A stretch of DNA of 44,412 nucleotides, from the IMG/VR virus record IMGVR_UViG_3300037483_000321, positions 1-44,412 of that record. One strand, 5' to 3'. Position numbers and translations under genes: made by a program. Of this stretch, positions 25,928 to 36,027 are shown in pieces (the stretch's first letter is position 1; each line of letters opens with the position of its first letter). This stretch comes from a virus. Taxonomy: Duplodnaviria > Caudoviricetes. The notes beneath the pieces were generated by a model. It searched no databases and had not been told where the DNA came from. It saw only the letters and a list, made by a program, of their open reading frames with translations.

Positions 25928-27355
25928 ATGCCGATCTCACGCAATACGAAGACAGGCGGGTCTACCGCAGTAACGGCTGGGCAAGTCTTCAACGCCGCGG
26001 ACATCAACGCGGACATGGACACGCTGTTCGCGAAGTTCGATGCCGGCATCGTCTCGGCCGACCTCTCGGCGAGCGCAGGCATCACGGTCGGGCAGCTTTC
26101 GATCTCCGGGGCGATCACGTCAGCGATGATTACGGATGCAACGATCGTTGCAGGCGATCTCAGCGCGACAGCGGGGGTCTCGTTCACGCAGCTGGACGAC
26201 ATCTCGGCGACCGACGCAGCGCACGATGACACCACGACACCTGGCGACTCGGCGACGCATGTGCTCCCGACGACCGGGAGCGGTGAGCTTCAGCAGATCC
26301 GCTACGCCGTAGAGAGGCTCGGGCTTGGCGTCGCAGCCTCGCGCTACGACGCGACCGGCACGCGCGAAGCGCCGTTCTGGGGCGATCTCCCGGCGCGTGG
26401 TATGCAGCGTATTCCGGGTATCAACGGCGTGGTGTCGTCGGGGCTGCCTTCGGGCTGGACGAACGTTGCGACGGCGACACTCGCGCAGGAAGCGGCCGAC
26501 GCGGCCGATGGGCTCGCCGGTAAGGGCCGCGCCATCAAGATCACGGCAGCGGGCTCCGCGAACGAGGGCATGAGCTACACGCTCTCGGGCCTGAAAGAGA
26601 GCACGCGGTACTTCATCGCTGCGCTTCTCAAGGCGACGAGCGGCGATACCGCGCGGCTCGACTGCACGGGTGGCGACGCCACCTCTTCGTTCCGAAACTT
26701 CACCGCCGATGTAACCGCGACCACGTGGACATGGGCCTACGGCATCGTGCAGACCGATGCGACGCCGACCAGCATCGTCGTGCGCGTGCTCGCAGCCTCC
26801 GATACGGACGTGGTTTGGGTGGCGGACGTGCAGTACGGCGAGTGCGCGGCACCGCCCATTTCGGCGCGCGTCGCCGTGGTCGAGCAGCGAATTGCAGCGA
26901 CCGCAGGGACCGCCATTGACGGCGCAACTACCACAGCCGGCTTCGACACCAACTACCAAGTGATCGACGATGGCACGCTGACGCTTGATCTCACGGTGTA
27001 CGTGCCAGGAGACGGCTACTACATCAAGGTGACCGCAGACCTGAACGGCGGGCAAACCGCCGGCTCGTCTGGCACGAATTTCATCGTGACCTGGCGTCTC
27101 TATCAGTCCGTTGCTGCCGCAGCCCTCGCAGCAGCTCGTACGCGCGAGCTGAAAGACCCGCATGACGGCGGGGATAGCCAGACGCCATTCTTTGCGGATT
27201 CCCTGGTGTACATCGTCAAGAACCCGACGCCTGGGGCGTCCTATCGGTTCGCCATCGCAGCCACCGTGAGCGGCGCGGCACAGACGCTCACGCCGCAGAA
27301 GGGGAGCGTTGGCTCATCGGCCCTGACGATCGAGGTGCTGCCCTATGGCGGCTAA
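25928..27355 (+). CDS. tail fibre / receptor-binding protein with CBM-like domain
   Basis: N-terminal anchor AGQVFNAADINADMD; ITSAMITDATIVAGDL repeat; galactose-binding-like sandwich (PSGW...YTLSGLKESTRYFI...VWVADVQ); no signal peptide. Confidence 0.75.
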   Translation: MPISRNTKTGGSTAVTAGQVFNAADINADMDTLFAKFDAGIVSADLSASAGITVGQLSISGAITSAMITDATIVAGDLSATAGVSFTQLDDISATDAAHDDTTTPGDSATHVLPTTGSGELQQIRYAVERLGLGVAASRYDATGTREAPFWGDLPARGMQRIPGINGVVSSGLPSGWTNVATATLAQEAADAADGLAGKGRAIKITAAGSANEGMSYTLSGLKESTRYFIAALLKATSGDTARLDCTGGDATSSFRNFTADVTATTWTWAYGIVQTDATPTSIVVRVLAASDTDVVWVADVQYGECAAPPISARVAVVEQRIAATAGTAIDGATTTAGFDTNYQVIDDGTLTLDLTVYVPGDGYYIKVTADLNGGQTAGSSGTNFIVTWRLYQSVAAAALAAARTRELKDPHDGGDSQTPFFADSLVYIVKNPTPGASYRFAIAATVSGAAQTLTPQKGSVGSSALTIEVLPYGG

Positions 27356-27917
27356 ATTCTTCGTCACCGGACTTCCGCGCTCGCGCACGGCGTGGGTCGC
27401 GAACTACCTCAGCCACGCTGGTGCTTTCTGCTACCACGACGGGCTCGCGAATTGCTCGTCTCTGAACGAGTTTGACGCGAAGCTGGCGCGCCACCCGGTC
27501 TGCGGCGACAGCGACTCGGGGCTCGCGATGTTCCAAGTGGAACTACGTAGCCGCCATCCCGAGGCGCAGTGGGTCATCCTGCGCCGCCCGCTGCCGGAGG
27601 TGGTTGAAAGCCTCTGCGAGATGGACCCCTACTACGGGTTCTTGCCGATCGGCCGCAAGGAAGCGTGGGAGATCGTGATGCGACTGAACGCCCCGCTCGT
27701 CGCTCTCGCGAAGCTGCCTGGCGTTCTAGAGATCGACTCCGAGGCTCTCTCAACTCCCCAAGGCGCACAGCTTCTATGGCACCACTGCCTTGGGAGTGAT
27801 ACCCCGTGGGGAGAAGATCGCTGGCGAATGCTTCGTGACATGAACGTCACCATCCGGAGCTCGGAGATTGCGATTTCACTGGAAGCAGCCACACGGCTGC
27901 TCGTGGAGGCGGCGTAA
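27345..27917 (+). CDS. sulfotransferase-like P-loop protein
   Basis: 5'-PSB-like FVTGLPRSRTAWV and 3'-PB-like ILRRPLPEVVESL. Confidence 0.7.
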   Translation: MAAKFFVTGLPRSRTAWVANYLSHAGAFCYHDGLANCSSLNEFDAKLARHPVCGDSDSGLAMFQVELRSRHPEAQWVILRRPLPEVVESLCEMDPYYGFLPIGRKEAWEIVMRLNAPLVALAKLPGVLEIDSEALSTPQGAQLLWHHCLGSDTPWGEDRWRMLRDMNVTIRSSEIAISLEAATRLLVEAA

Positions 27918-28984
27918 TGGCCTGGGCAAGCGTCATCGGCGGGGTTGCGAGTGCAGCGGGCGGGCTCCTCGGCGCGAAGAAGTCGAAGACCAAGGGCGCG
28001 AAGCTGAAGAAGATCAAGATGAATGATCCGACGCTGAACGCCCTCAGCGTCGAAACCATGATGGCGCTCGGGCTACCGATCAGCCAGGAGTTCCTCGAGC
28101 GTGCGTCGCCGCTCGGGAATCTCTCGAACTACAAGATCGGCCGCAAGCTCATCAACCTGGTGAATGCAGGCCAAGAGTCTGGCCTTTCACTCGACGAGAT
28201 CATGCAAAGCATCGAGTCTGGCGTTATCCCAGACGACGTTGCAGGTGTGCTCGGCCAGGGAGCTTCGAGGCTCAATCAGAAGAAGCTCGGCAAGCTTCTC
28301 GCGAAATCAGGATTCAGCTCGCTCCGCGATCTCGTGCAGGCCGATATCGATTTCTCTACTGCGGCTGGCGAGCGGTCCGACCGAATCAACGCGATTCAGC
28401 CTGGCATTGAGCAGGGCCGACTCGACGCGCTCAGCAAGATCGCGGGCCTTCAGTCCGGCTTCATCTCGCCGACCGAAGAGCAGCTGAATACGAAGACGAG
28501 CGAGATCGAAGGAATCCTGCGCGCGCAGATCGCTCGGGACTTCGGCGATCAGCAGCAGCAGGCGCTCTACCAGGCGAACAGCATGGGGATCAACCCGGCG
28601 GCGCGCCTCGGCCGGCTCGACGAAGGACAGGCACTCGCCAATCTCGCAGCCGGCCCCGACGCACTCGCCCGCACGCTCCAGCTGCTCTCGGGGCAGCAGG
28701 GCCTCCAGACGAACGCCATCGGCGCTTTGCAAGGCTCGCTCCAGCCGGGGATCACGAACGCGAGCAACCTGCTCGGGATGCGGATGAACCAGAACTCGGC
28801 GGCTGCGAATCAGGCGCTTGGGCTCGCGCAGCTTCAGTCCACGAACAACCAGCTGCTGGGCCAAGGCATTCAGAACGCGGCGAACAACCTCGGCACGATT
28901 CCGATGCTGATTCAAGAGCAGCGTCGGCAGCAAGAGATCGACAAGTATTACGGGATCGGTTCGCCCACCCCGCAGGACGGCTAG
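27917..28984 (+). CDS. internal virion (ejection) protein 1
   Basis: MAWASVIGGVASAAGGLLGAKKSK start; Q/A/G-rich helical body. Confidence 0.7.
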   Translation: MAWASVIGGVASAAGGLLGAKKSKTKGAKLKKIKMNDPTLNALSVETMMALGLPISQEFLERASPLGNLSNYKIGRKLINLVNAGQESGLSLDEIMQSIESGVIPDDVAGVLGQGASRLNQKKLGKLLAKSGFSSLRDLVQADIDFSTAAGERSDRINAIQPGIEQGRLDALSKIAGLQSGFISPTEEQLNTKTSEIEGILRAQIARDFGDQQQQALYQANSMGINPAARLGRLDEGQALANLAAGPDALARTLQLLSGQQGLQTNAIGALQGSLQPGITNASNLLGMRMNQNSAAANQALGLAQLQSTNNQLLGQGIQNAANNLGTIPMLIQEQRRQQEIDKYYGIGSPTPQDG

Positions 28985-28987
28985 CCA

Positions 28988-30400
28988 ATGGCCGCCATGG
29001 CAATGCTCCAGCAGATCCGGCAGCGCAACGCCGAGCGCGAGCGGCAGCTCATGGAGATGCAGCGCGATCAGGAAATGAAGCGCGAGCGTGCTGCGCAGAC
29101 CGCGATTCAGATGGTGCAGGGCGGCGCAGACCTTAAGAAGGTGCTGACAGCGCTTGGAGCGGATCTGGACGAGAAGGGCCGCGCGCTCGTCGAGATCAAC
29201 GCCGATACGGTGAAGCGCCAGAAGAAAGAGGCCGAGCAGCGACAGGCCGCGCAGCCGATCATTGGGCAGGTCTCGCAGCTCGCGCAGCAGGCACCGAATA
29301 CCGAAGCCTACGGGCAGGGCGTCTCGCTCATCGCGCAGATGCTCGGAAGAGACGAGGCCGATACGGTGCTGCAAGGCATCGGCGGACAGGCGCAGCTCGC
29401 TCCGACGATGCAGGCGCTGCAAGAACTCCAGACGCAGGCAGGGCTCAAGCAGAGTCGTGAGCAGGCCGGTCTCATTGCGCAGGACGCCTCGCGCATTCAG
29501 CAGCGGCAACAGATCGCCGTAGCGGGTGCCAAAGAGCAGATCAAGGACTCGTTCGCCGTTGCGCGCGAAGAGGACAAGCTGCTCGCGCAGCAGGTCGTGA
29601 GCGGCGAGGTCTCCGAGGAGCAGATCAACGCCGCGTTCCAAGGCGATCCATTCGGGAAGATTCGCGCGCAGCGCGTGCGCGCCGAGGCGATTAAGCAGCG
29701 TGCTGCACTAGCGCCGATGAACGAGACGGTGCAGATGCTCCGCGATAACGGCGTGCCCGTGGATCGCTTGCCGAAGACGCTCATCGCTCGGCTCACGCCT
29801 GGCCACGACGCGCAGGGCAACTACACGCCGCCGACGGCATTTCTCTCTCCGACCACGGGTCTACCGCTACCCGGGAAAGAAGGCGGCAAGGCGCAGCAGA
29901 CGGTGGAGGTGCTGGAGACAGCGCTTCACCAGATCGACACGCTAGAGGCGGCTGCGCGCATCTCGCAGGAGAACCGCAACAACCCGCAGTTCATTCAGGC
30001 GCTATCTCAGCAGATTCAATCCAGCCTGAATGCGGGTCTCACCGATGGCGATGTGTCCACGTACTACGCGCTGCGGAACATCATCACGCCCGGCATCGCG
30101 CGAGCAACAGGCGAGGTCGGAAACCTGACCGAGCAGGAGCAGACACGCGCGCAGTCGGTGCTGCCGTCTGTTGTCGCGATGCTCACGAACCCGAAGACCT
30201 CTCGAGCGCAGTTCCAGTCGGCGCGGAAGTTCCTTCTCAACCGCCTCTCGTCCCAGTTCAACCAGGTCTACCGGAAAGATCCTTCCATCTACCGCGACCG
30301 CTTCTCATCGGCGAGCGAAATCGCGATCAAAGAGTCGATGGATTCGTACCGCAAGGAATTTGGCGGCGGTAGCGAGCTGCTCGTTGAGGAGGTGCAGTAG
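28988..30400 (+). CDS. internal virion (ejection) protein 2
   Basis: Gln/Ala-rich coiled coil; IARATGEVGNLTEQEQ. Confidence 0.65.
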   Translation: MAAMAMLQQIRQRNAERERQLMEMQRDQEMKRERAAQTAIQMVQGGADLKKVLTALGADLDEKGRALVEINADTVKRQKKEAEQRQAAQPIIGQVSQLAQQAPNTEAYGQGVSLIAQMLGRDEADTVLQGIGGQAQLAPTMQALQELQTQAGLKQSREQAGLIAQDASRIQQRQQIAVAGAKEQIKDSFAVAREEDKLLAQQVVSGEVSEEQINAAFQGDPFGKIRAQRVRAEAIKQRAALAPMNETVQMLRDNGVPVDRLPKTLIARLTPGHDAQGNYTPPTAFLSPTTGLPLPGKEGGKAQQTVEVLETALHQIDTLEAAARISQENRNNPQFIQALSQQIQSSLNAGLTDGDVSTYYALRNIITPGIARATGEVGNLTEQEQTRAQSVLPSVVAMLTNPKTSRAQFQSARKFLLNRLSSQFNQVYRKDPSIYRDRFSSASEIAIKESMDSYRKEFGGGSELLVEEVQ

Positions 30401-31990
30401 TTGCCGAACTACAAGATCACCGACCCCGACAGCGGGAAAGTCATCACCGTGGAGGCGGCAACGCCCGAGGCGGCGCGGCTTGCTGCGATTGAGCAGCTTC
30501 GTCCTACACAGGACGACAGAGGCCGTCAGCGGCTCGAGGGATTCATGCAGCCGCTAGCCGGACTTGCCGATATGGTCTCTCGCGGTCGGCAGTTCGGCAC
30601 TGGACCGAATGAATCTGTTGGCATCCTTCCGATGTTGCGCGGTGACAAGTCCTTTGCAGATCGAACTGCTGGCATCTCATCGGCTGGAGAAGAGAACCCG
30701 ACGCAGCCCTACACGATGTTCCGCGGCGCTGGGCGCGGAGCTATCGGCATCGGCGCGATGGCCGCGACGGGCGGCCTTTCCGCTCCGCTCGCAGGCGCGT
30801 CTCTCGCAGGCGGTATCGCAGGCTCAGAGGTGGAGACCGCTACCGGGAATCCGCTGCTTGGAGCGGGAGTGGACCTGCTCACATCGCTCGTTACTGGCAA
30901 TCCGAGCGGTGCTTACAAGTTCGCGACCAAGCTGAAGCTCGGCGGCGGAACCGCAAAAGACGTGGTGAATGTGGTCGATACCAACTTCACGAGCGCACTT
31001 CAGTCGGCCCGTTCTGCGTTCGCGCGCGTGCCAGATAATGTCGGCGGCACCGTCGATGCGACCAAGATGCGCGACCTAGCGCAGCGACTCGTCGAGAACA
31101 ACGCACCCGAGGACGTTCCGGGCATCGTGCGCCACATGTCGAAGTGGCCCGATCAGATCAGCTTCCAAACGCTGCGCCGCGCGATCGGCTCGCACGCAAA
31201 CGCGATGCGCGCGCCAGGCTCAAAGGGTGGAGTTGCTGGCAAGGTGGCTGGCGAGCTGGACGATTTGCTCAAGCAGTTTGAAGCGCAGCAGACCTCTGGT
31301 AGCGCTGCGCAGGCACTTCGCGCAGCCCGCGATGGATGGGGTGCGTTTCGCAGGCTGTTTCCGACCAAGGGCTCATTTGCTCATGCGGTGCTCAACCCAA
31401 AGACGGCGATTGAAAAGCCCGCCGATGCGATCGCGTACATCTTCAACGCGAAGAATCCTCAGGGGCAGGCGAAGCTGCTTTCAAAGGCCGTGATCGGAGA
31501 CGCGGCTGCCGAGCAGGGGCTACGCCGCGCTTATCTCCAGTACCTCGCTCAGAACGCAGACCAGAAGGCGTTCCGCGGCGTCGTCTCCCGATTCGATGAC
31601 ACGCGCGAGGTCGCCCAGACACTGTTCGGTCCGAAGGCTACTGCGCTGCTTGCGAAGAACCTACGCAAGGCCGCATCGGGCGGCGGCGGCGATCTCATCA
31701 ACCACCCCTATCTGATCGTAATGACCCTGGGTGGAACTGGCGCGGCCTTTGGCGGAATCAGCCCGAAGCTGACTGGTGCGGTCGCAGCAGGCTCCGGTGC
31801 TTATTGGGCTGTTCGCCACTTCGGTGCGACTCGAGCGCAGAAGCTGTTTCTTGACGCCGCATACGATGACGGACTGCGGAAGATCCTCGCGAGCCGCGCC
31901 TCGCGCGCAGAGGGGCCGGAAGTGATCGCGAAGCTAAGCGCATGGGCCGCACGCAACGCTCCAGAACTTTTAGAGGGAGAATCCCAATGA
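30401..31990 (+). CDS. internal virion (ejection) protein 3
   Basis: MPNYKITDPDSGKVITVEA start; Gly/Ala-rich membrane-like segments. Confidence 0.65.
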   Translation: MPNYKITDPDSGKVITVEAATPEAARLAAIEQLRPTQDDRGRQRLEGFMQPLAGLADMVSRGRQFGTGPNESVGILPMLRGDKSFADRTAGISSAGEENPTQPYTMFRGAGRGAIGIGAMAATGGLSAPLAGASLAGGIAGSEVETATGNPLLGAGVDLLTSLVTGNPSGAYKFATKLKLGGGTAKDVVNVVDTNFTSALQSARSAFARVPDNVGGTVDATKMRDLAQRLVENNAPEDVPGIVRHMSKWPDQISFQTLRRAIGSHANAMRAPGSKGGVAGKVAGELDDLLKQFEAQQTSGSAAQALRAARDGWGAFRRLFPTKGSFAHAVLNPKTAIEKPADAIAYIFNAKNPQGQAKLLSKAVIGDAAAEQGLRRAYLQYLAQNADQKAFRGVVSRFDDTREVAQTLFGPKATALLAKNLRKAASGGGGDLINHPYLIVMTLGGTGAAFGGISPKLTGAVAAGSGAYWAVRHFGATRAQKLFLDAAYDDGLRKILASRASRAEGPEVIAKLSAWAARNAPELLEGESQ

Positions 31991-32457
31991 TCCGCACACT
32001 CCTTGCTCTCTTGCTGCTCGGAGCGGCTGCGCCGGCATTCGCCGATAAGCCGCCCATTAGCGCAAAGGGAATCGGGTCTGGCGATTCAGCCCGAACCATC
32101 GGAACGCTGTGTTCGGCGCAGACCGCAACGTCTACAGGATGCACGACGGCTCTCGGCGCTCTCGTTGTATACGATGGCGTCGCATCAACAAGCAATGTGA
32201 TTGTTCTCGACGCGCGACCGTTCTCGTCCATCGCCCTATACGCGAACCAGGCCACAGCAACAACGTTCACTTGCGATCTATACACGTCCGACAATGGATA
32301 CGACGCAGACTCCGGCGTCGGCCAGGATCGCACAACCACTGCACTTACGGAGACGCAGCAGATGGTCTCGATCGAAGGATCGTTCGCCTACGTCTGGATG
32401 GAGTGTTCTGGTATCGCAGACAACAGCCTCACCATCACGTTTGTTGCGAGGAAGTAG
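31987..32457 (+). CDS. exported small beta-sandwich protein
   Basis: Signal peptide MIRTLLALLLLGAAAPAFA; four Cys; ATGA overlap with ejection protein 3. Confidence 0.75.
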   Translation: MIRTLLALLLLGAAAPAFADKPPISAKGIGSGDSARTIGTLCSAQTATSTGCTTALGALVVYDGVASTSNVIVLDARPFSSIALYANQATATTFTCDLYTSDNGYDADSGVGQDRTTTALTETQQMVSIEGSFAYVWMECSGIADNSLTITFVARK

Positions 32458-32460
32458 GCC

Positions 32461-34422
32461 ATGCGCAGAGTTATTCTTCTCCTTGCTCTCGCGTTACCGC
32501 TCTCTGTGTCTGCGCAGGACTGGCCGGGAGTCGCGATCCCCACCGGCACCTGCGGAGGCGATTTAGGCGGGACGTTCCCTGACTGCACGGTGGATGACGA
32601 CGCTTCGGATATCACGAGGCTCACGCAGGCTGCAACCGAAGTGGACGTGATCTACGACACCACCAATAACCGCTACTGCTACTCGACAGACGACGATACG
32701 ACGTGCGACGACCAAGAGCAGATCGTGAACCCCCGCCACGTCCTCAACGTCGAGGAGTTTCTAGCGGGCGGTACCGATTATGGCGCTGCTTTAACGTCCG
32801 CCTATGCCTACCTGCGATCTACTCTTTCCCCAACGAATACTGGCGGCGTCATCGAGATTCCGCGCGGCGACACGCGCAATTTCGACTCGGTTGCGGACTT
32901 CTGCGACGAAACAGGCGGCGCGACAGACGCGAGCGGATACGCACCGGACCTCGCAGCGATCACGGTGATTGGACGCGGCGCGAACCTTGCCGGGCAAAAT
33001 GGAACACGGTTTGTTGCGACTGCGACGCTGGCTTTGGCGAGTGCGCGCACGGGAACGACCACGCTCAGCCTCACGCAGGACGACAGCCCGACACTCAGCT
33101 ACGACACGATCACGCGTGCTGCTGGGTCGTTCATCACCGACGGCTTCAAGCACGGCGATCTCGTCACGATCAACGGATTCAGCGCGACGCTCGATAGCGA
33201 CGAGGACACGGCGTTCGTTGATCCGGCCAAGATTTACGTCGTCTATAGTGTGTCTGAGCTCACGATGGTCATGCAGGGCGTCCAGGGCACCGACGCTGGG
33301 TTAACCGTAGTAGCTGGTGGCGGCGACGAATCCGTGACAGAGCTGACCGAGATGCTTCGCACCTGCACCCGTAAAGCCATCTTCAAGGACTTTTCGTTAG
33401 ATGGTGCGCGCCTAGTCGATCTCGGTGTGCACGTAGACTCCGACAACGCCGTCGCGCAGGCGTGTACGGCTGCTAGCGCACCTTACGCTGCCTGCACTGG
33501 CCTTGGCACTGCGAGCGGTCTCTCTAACAAGACTGAGCAGGGGCAGCGTTTTGAGAACTTGGAGATCGAAGACGCCCTGATTGCGAACGCCGTAGTGCGC
33601 TCAGCAACGAACACGATGGGGCAGGCCGATCGGATTGTGTTCGAGAACGTGCGTCTGATCGGTGCCGAGAGCACTGCGAACACTGCGATCAATCTCTGGG
33701 TGGACAACCTACAGGCGAAGCCCGCGGTAGTTGTTACTGACAGTGACCTAAACGACCCTGGGTTCGCGAACATCTGGGTTACCGGCGGCGGCGTGAATGT
33801 CACGCGCAGCAACTTCACGCAGGGAACGACCGCGAGCGACGATTGCCGCGATGGAAACTTCGCAGGGAGCGTGGCGGGGACGTGTTACGCAATTCTCGTC
33901 GGCAACGCCGCCTTGGGTATGCCGAACGTGAACTACTCGGCTCTTTCATATAACGCCTTCGACATCTACGAGTCAAACGGCATCGTGTTCTCAGCGACGG
34001 GTGGTTCCGATACCGATCAGATCAGCCTGACGATGATCGGAAACACGGTGAACTGCGTTACCTGCACGGCCGCTTATTCGCTGCTCACCTACGACAACGA
34101 AGGAGGCCTGTTCGTTGACCCGACCAATCTGTTCTGCCGGCAATCCGGTGCCACGACGCAGCCGACGATCACGCTCGCGAACGACGACGAGGCGACGCGG
34201 CCTCTACAGATGGACTGGCGCGGGCGAGTCGATGCGTGTGCTGGTGGTGCCGTCGCGATCACCGTGAACGACAGCGTAGTGAACGGAGCAGGGCGCGTGT
34301 ATCAGCACGCCACTGACTGCTCAGCCGTTCCGGCTGGCTCGATCAACGGAGACATGTGCTGGGAGCGCGACGCCAACACGATGTACATGAACGAAGTCGG
34401 CACGATGGTACTTCTACCGTGA
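32461..34422 (+). CDS. exported tailspike-like beta-helix protein
   Basis: Signal peptide MRRVILLLALALPLSVSA; GGDLGGTFP; VLNVEEF...DYGAAL...GGVIEIPRG beta-helix start; many Cys. Confidence 0.75.
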   Translation: MRRVILLLALALPLSVSAQDWPGVAIPTGTCGGDLGGTFPDCTVDDDASDITRLTQAATEVDVIYDTTNNRYCYSTDDDTTCDDQEQIVNPRHVLNVEEFLAGGTDYGAALTSAYAYLRSTLSPTNTGGVIEIPRGDTRNFDSVADFCDETGGATDASGYAPDLAAITVIGRGANLAGQNGTRFVATATLALASARTGTTTLSLTQDDSPTLSYDTITRAAGSFITDGFKHGDLVTINGFSATLDSDEDTAFVDPAKIYVVYSVSELTMVMQGVQGTDAGLTVVAGGGDESVTELTEMLRTCTRKAIFKDFSLDGARLVDLGVHVDSDNAVAQACTAASAPYAACTGLGTASGLSNKTEQGQRFENLEIEDALIANAVVRSATNTMGQADRIVFENVRLIGAESTANTAINLWVDNLQAKPAVVVTDSDLNDPGFANIWVTGGGVNVTRSNFTQGTTASDDCRDGNFAGSVAGTCYAILVGNAALGMPNVNYSALSYNAFDIYESNGIVFSATGGSDTDQISLTMIGNTVNCVTCTAAYSLLTYDNEGGLFVDPTNLFCRQSGATTQPTITLANDDEATRPLQMDWRGRVDACAGGAVAITVNDSVVNGAGRVYQHATDCSAVPAGSINGDMCWERDANTMYMNEVGTMVLLP

Positions 34423-34580
34423 GGTGGCTCGCTCTCGCGCTCGTGCTGATGACCGCGCTTGCGGCAAGTGCCGACTGGCCCGGTGCTTACGACTGGCCGA
34501 CCAGCGGACTTCCAGTGGGCGCTGGCGGCAACTGCACATTCGATTCGGACTGCCCGTTTGACTCGGCAGCCATGAGGTAG
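34419..34580 (+). CDS. exported micropeptide (53-aa precursor)
   Basis: GTGA overlap; MRWLALALVLMTALAASA then DWPGAYDWPTSG...CTFDSDCPFDS. Confidence 0.6.
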   Translation: MRWLALALVLMTALAASADWPGAYDWPTSGLPVGAGGNCTFDSDCPFDSAAMR

Positions 34581-34584
34581 CCCC

Positions 34585-36027
34585 ATGCGAAAGCTGATCC
34601 TGCTCGGCGTGCTCTTCGTTGCGAGCGAGGCGTTCGCCGCGGTGGATTGTCCGCCGGCAGGATCGGGCCGTACCTGGGCCACTGGGCAAGACCTCTACGC
34701 CGCGGACCTGAACGACTGCGTGACGGACATCGTTGCAAAGGACTACCTCGTCGGCACGGCCACTACAGACCTATCCGGAGAGATCGTGGCTGGCACGACA
34801 CCCGGCGGCGAGCTGGAAGGCACCTGGGCAGCGCCGACTCTCGATGACAGCGTTGCGGTGGCGAGCTGGTCGCTCACGACGCCAATCTTTCTTGGCATTA
34901 CGGACTTCGACGGCGGAGCGGTGAGCGATGACGACTGCACTGGCCAGATCGGGCAGATGTGGTTCGATGACACCGATAACGCCTTCGAGTTCTGCAACGC
35001 AGACTCCGGCGCACCCGGAACCGTTGCGGCCACGTCCGGCGACGTGACTTCGGTAGGCGACTGCACCACGGGCGCGTGCTTCACGGGCGCTACGGGTACG
35101 CTGCTCCAGTCAAACACTGATCTGATTATGGAGCTTGACCAGGACAACAACGGCAGCGAGTCGTTCCAGATCAAGGACGGTGCAGATGCGCTCGTGGTGG
35201 AATGCACCGAGGCTGGCGCGTGCGATATGGCCGCTGGCGTTACGGCCTCCTCGTTCACGGCAGACTCGGCGGCCTCTCCAGAACTCGGGTTCGACGACAG
35301 CGTGGCAGCGGGTACCGAGTCGAAGATCGTCGGCAACGCGACGGCCGACAACAACGGCGGCATCAGCCTGCAAGTGGAGGAAGCTGCGGCGACGTACTTC
35401 GAGGGCCTGAAGGTCTCGAGCACCGCTGGCGCTGTCACCGTTGAAATAGGCGGCGTTGCAGGCGGGAACGACATCACTGTCAGCGAGACTGGCGTAGTCA
35501 CGTTTGCAGGATCGGCCATCCCGCTCGCGTCGATCCCGTTCAACGCCGCGGGCCTCACTGCCGACGGAACGCAGTGCGCGGACGCGGCCAAGGTGACGAT
35601 CAACAGCGGCCCAGTACAGTACACGATCCTCTGCGCGGATAACGACGCGAGCAGCATCTACGGCGTCGTGTCTGCGATGCCAGACGGATGGGACGCCGGC
35701 ACGATCACGGTGGAGCTGATTACGCTCCAGAGCGCAGCCGACACCTCGGCGATGAACAGCGATATCTCTGCGCAGTGCCGCGGGACGGGCGAGACGCCGA
35801 GCAGCACATGGGGCACCGAGGTTGCGATTGACGACGCGGCGGTGGGCGGGTCGAACATCGTGGACCACAACACATCGGCTGCCGTAACTCCTGCTGGCAC
35901 ATGCGCAGCGGGCGACTCTCTCTGGTTGCGCTGGCAGCTGGACGCGACGGGCACGACCACAGCGGTAGCGACCTACCACGTTCTAGGCTGGAAGGTGGAG
36001 TACGGGCGAAGTGCGCTTAGCGATTAA
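34585..36027 (+). CDS. exported tail-fibre-like protein
   Basis: Signal peptide MRKLILLGVLFVASEAFA; TWATGQDLYAADLND; GGELEGTWAAPTL; GQMWFDDTDNAFEFC; GDVTSVGDCTTGAC. Confidence 0.75.
   Translation: MRKLILLGVLFVASEAFAAVDCPPAGSGRTWATGQDLYAADLNDCVTDIVAKDYLVGTATTDLSGEIVAGTTPGGELEGTWAAPTLDDSVAVASWSLTTPIFLGITDFDGGAVSDDDCTGQIGQMWFDDTDNAFEFCNADSGAPGTVAATSGDVTSVGDCTTGACFTGATGTLLQSNTDLIMELDQDNNGSESFQIKDGADALVVECTEAGACDMAAGVTASSFTADSAASPELGFDDSVAAGTESKIVGNATADNNGGISLQVEEAAATYFEGLKVSSTAGAVTVEIGGVAGGNDITVSETGVVTFAGSAIPLASIPFNAAGLTADGTQCADAAKVTINSGPVQYTILCADNDASSIYGVVSAMPDGWDAGTITVELITLQSAADTSAMNSDISAQCRGTGETPSSTWGTEVAIDDAAVGGSNIVDHNTSAAVTPAGTCAAGDSLWLRWQLDATGTTTAVATYHVLGWKVEYGRSALSD

Noticed and set aside
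27917-31990. Tape-measure protein or long tail
   Set aside because: No tail tube, sheath or chaperone genes; three mid-sized helical proteins after nozzle and fibre fit podovirus ejection proteins
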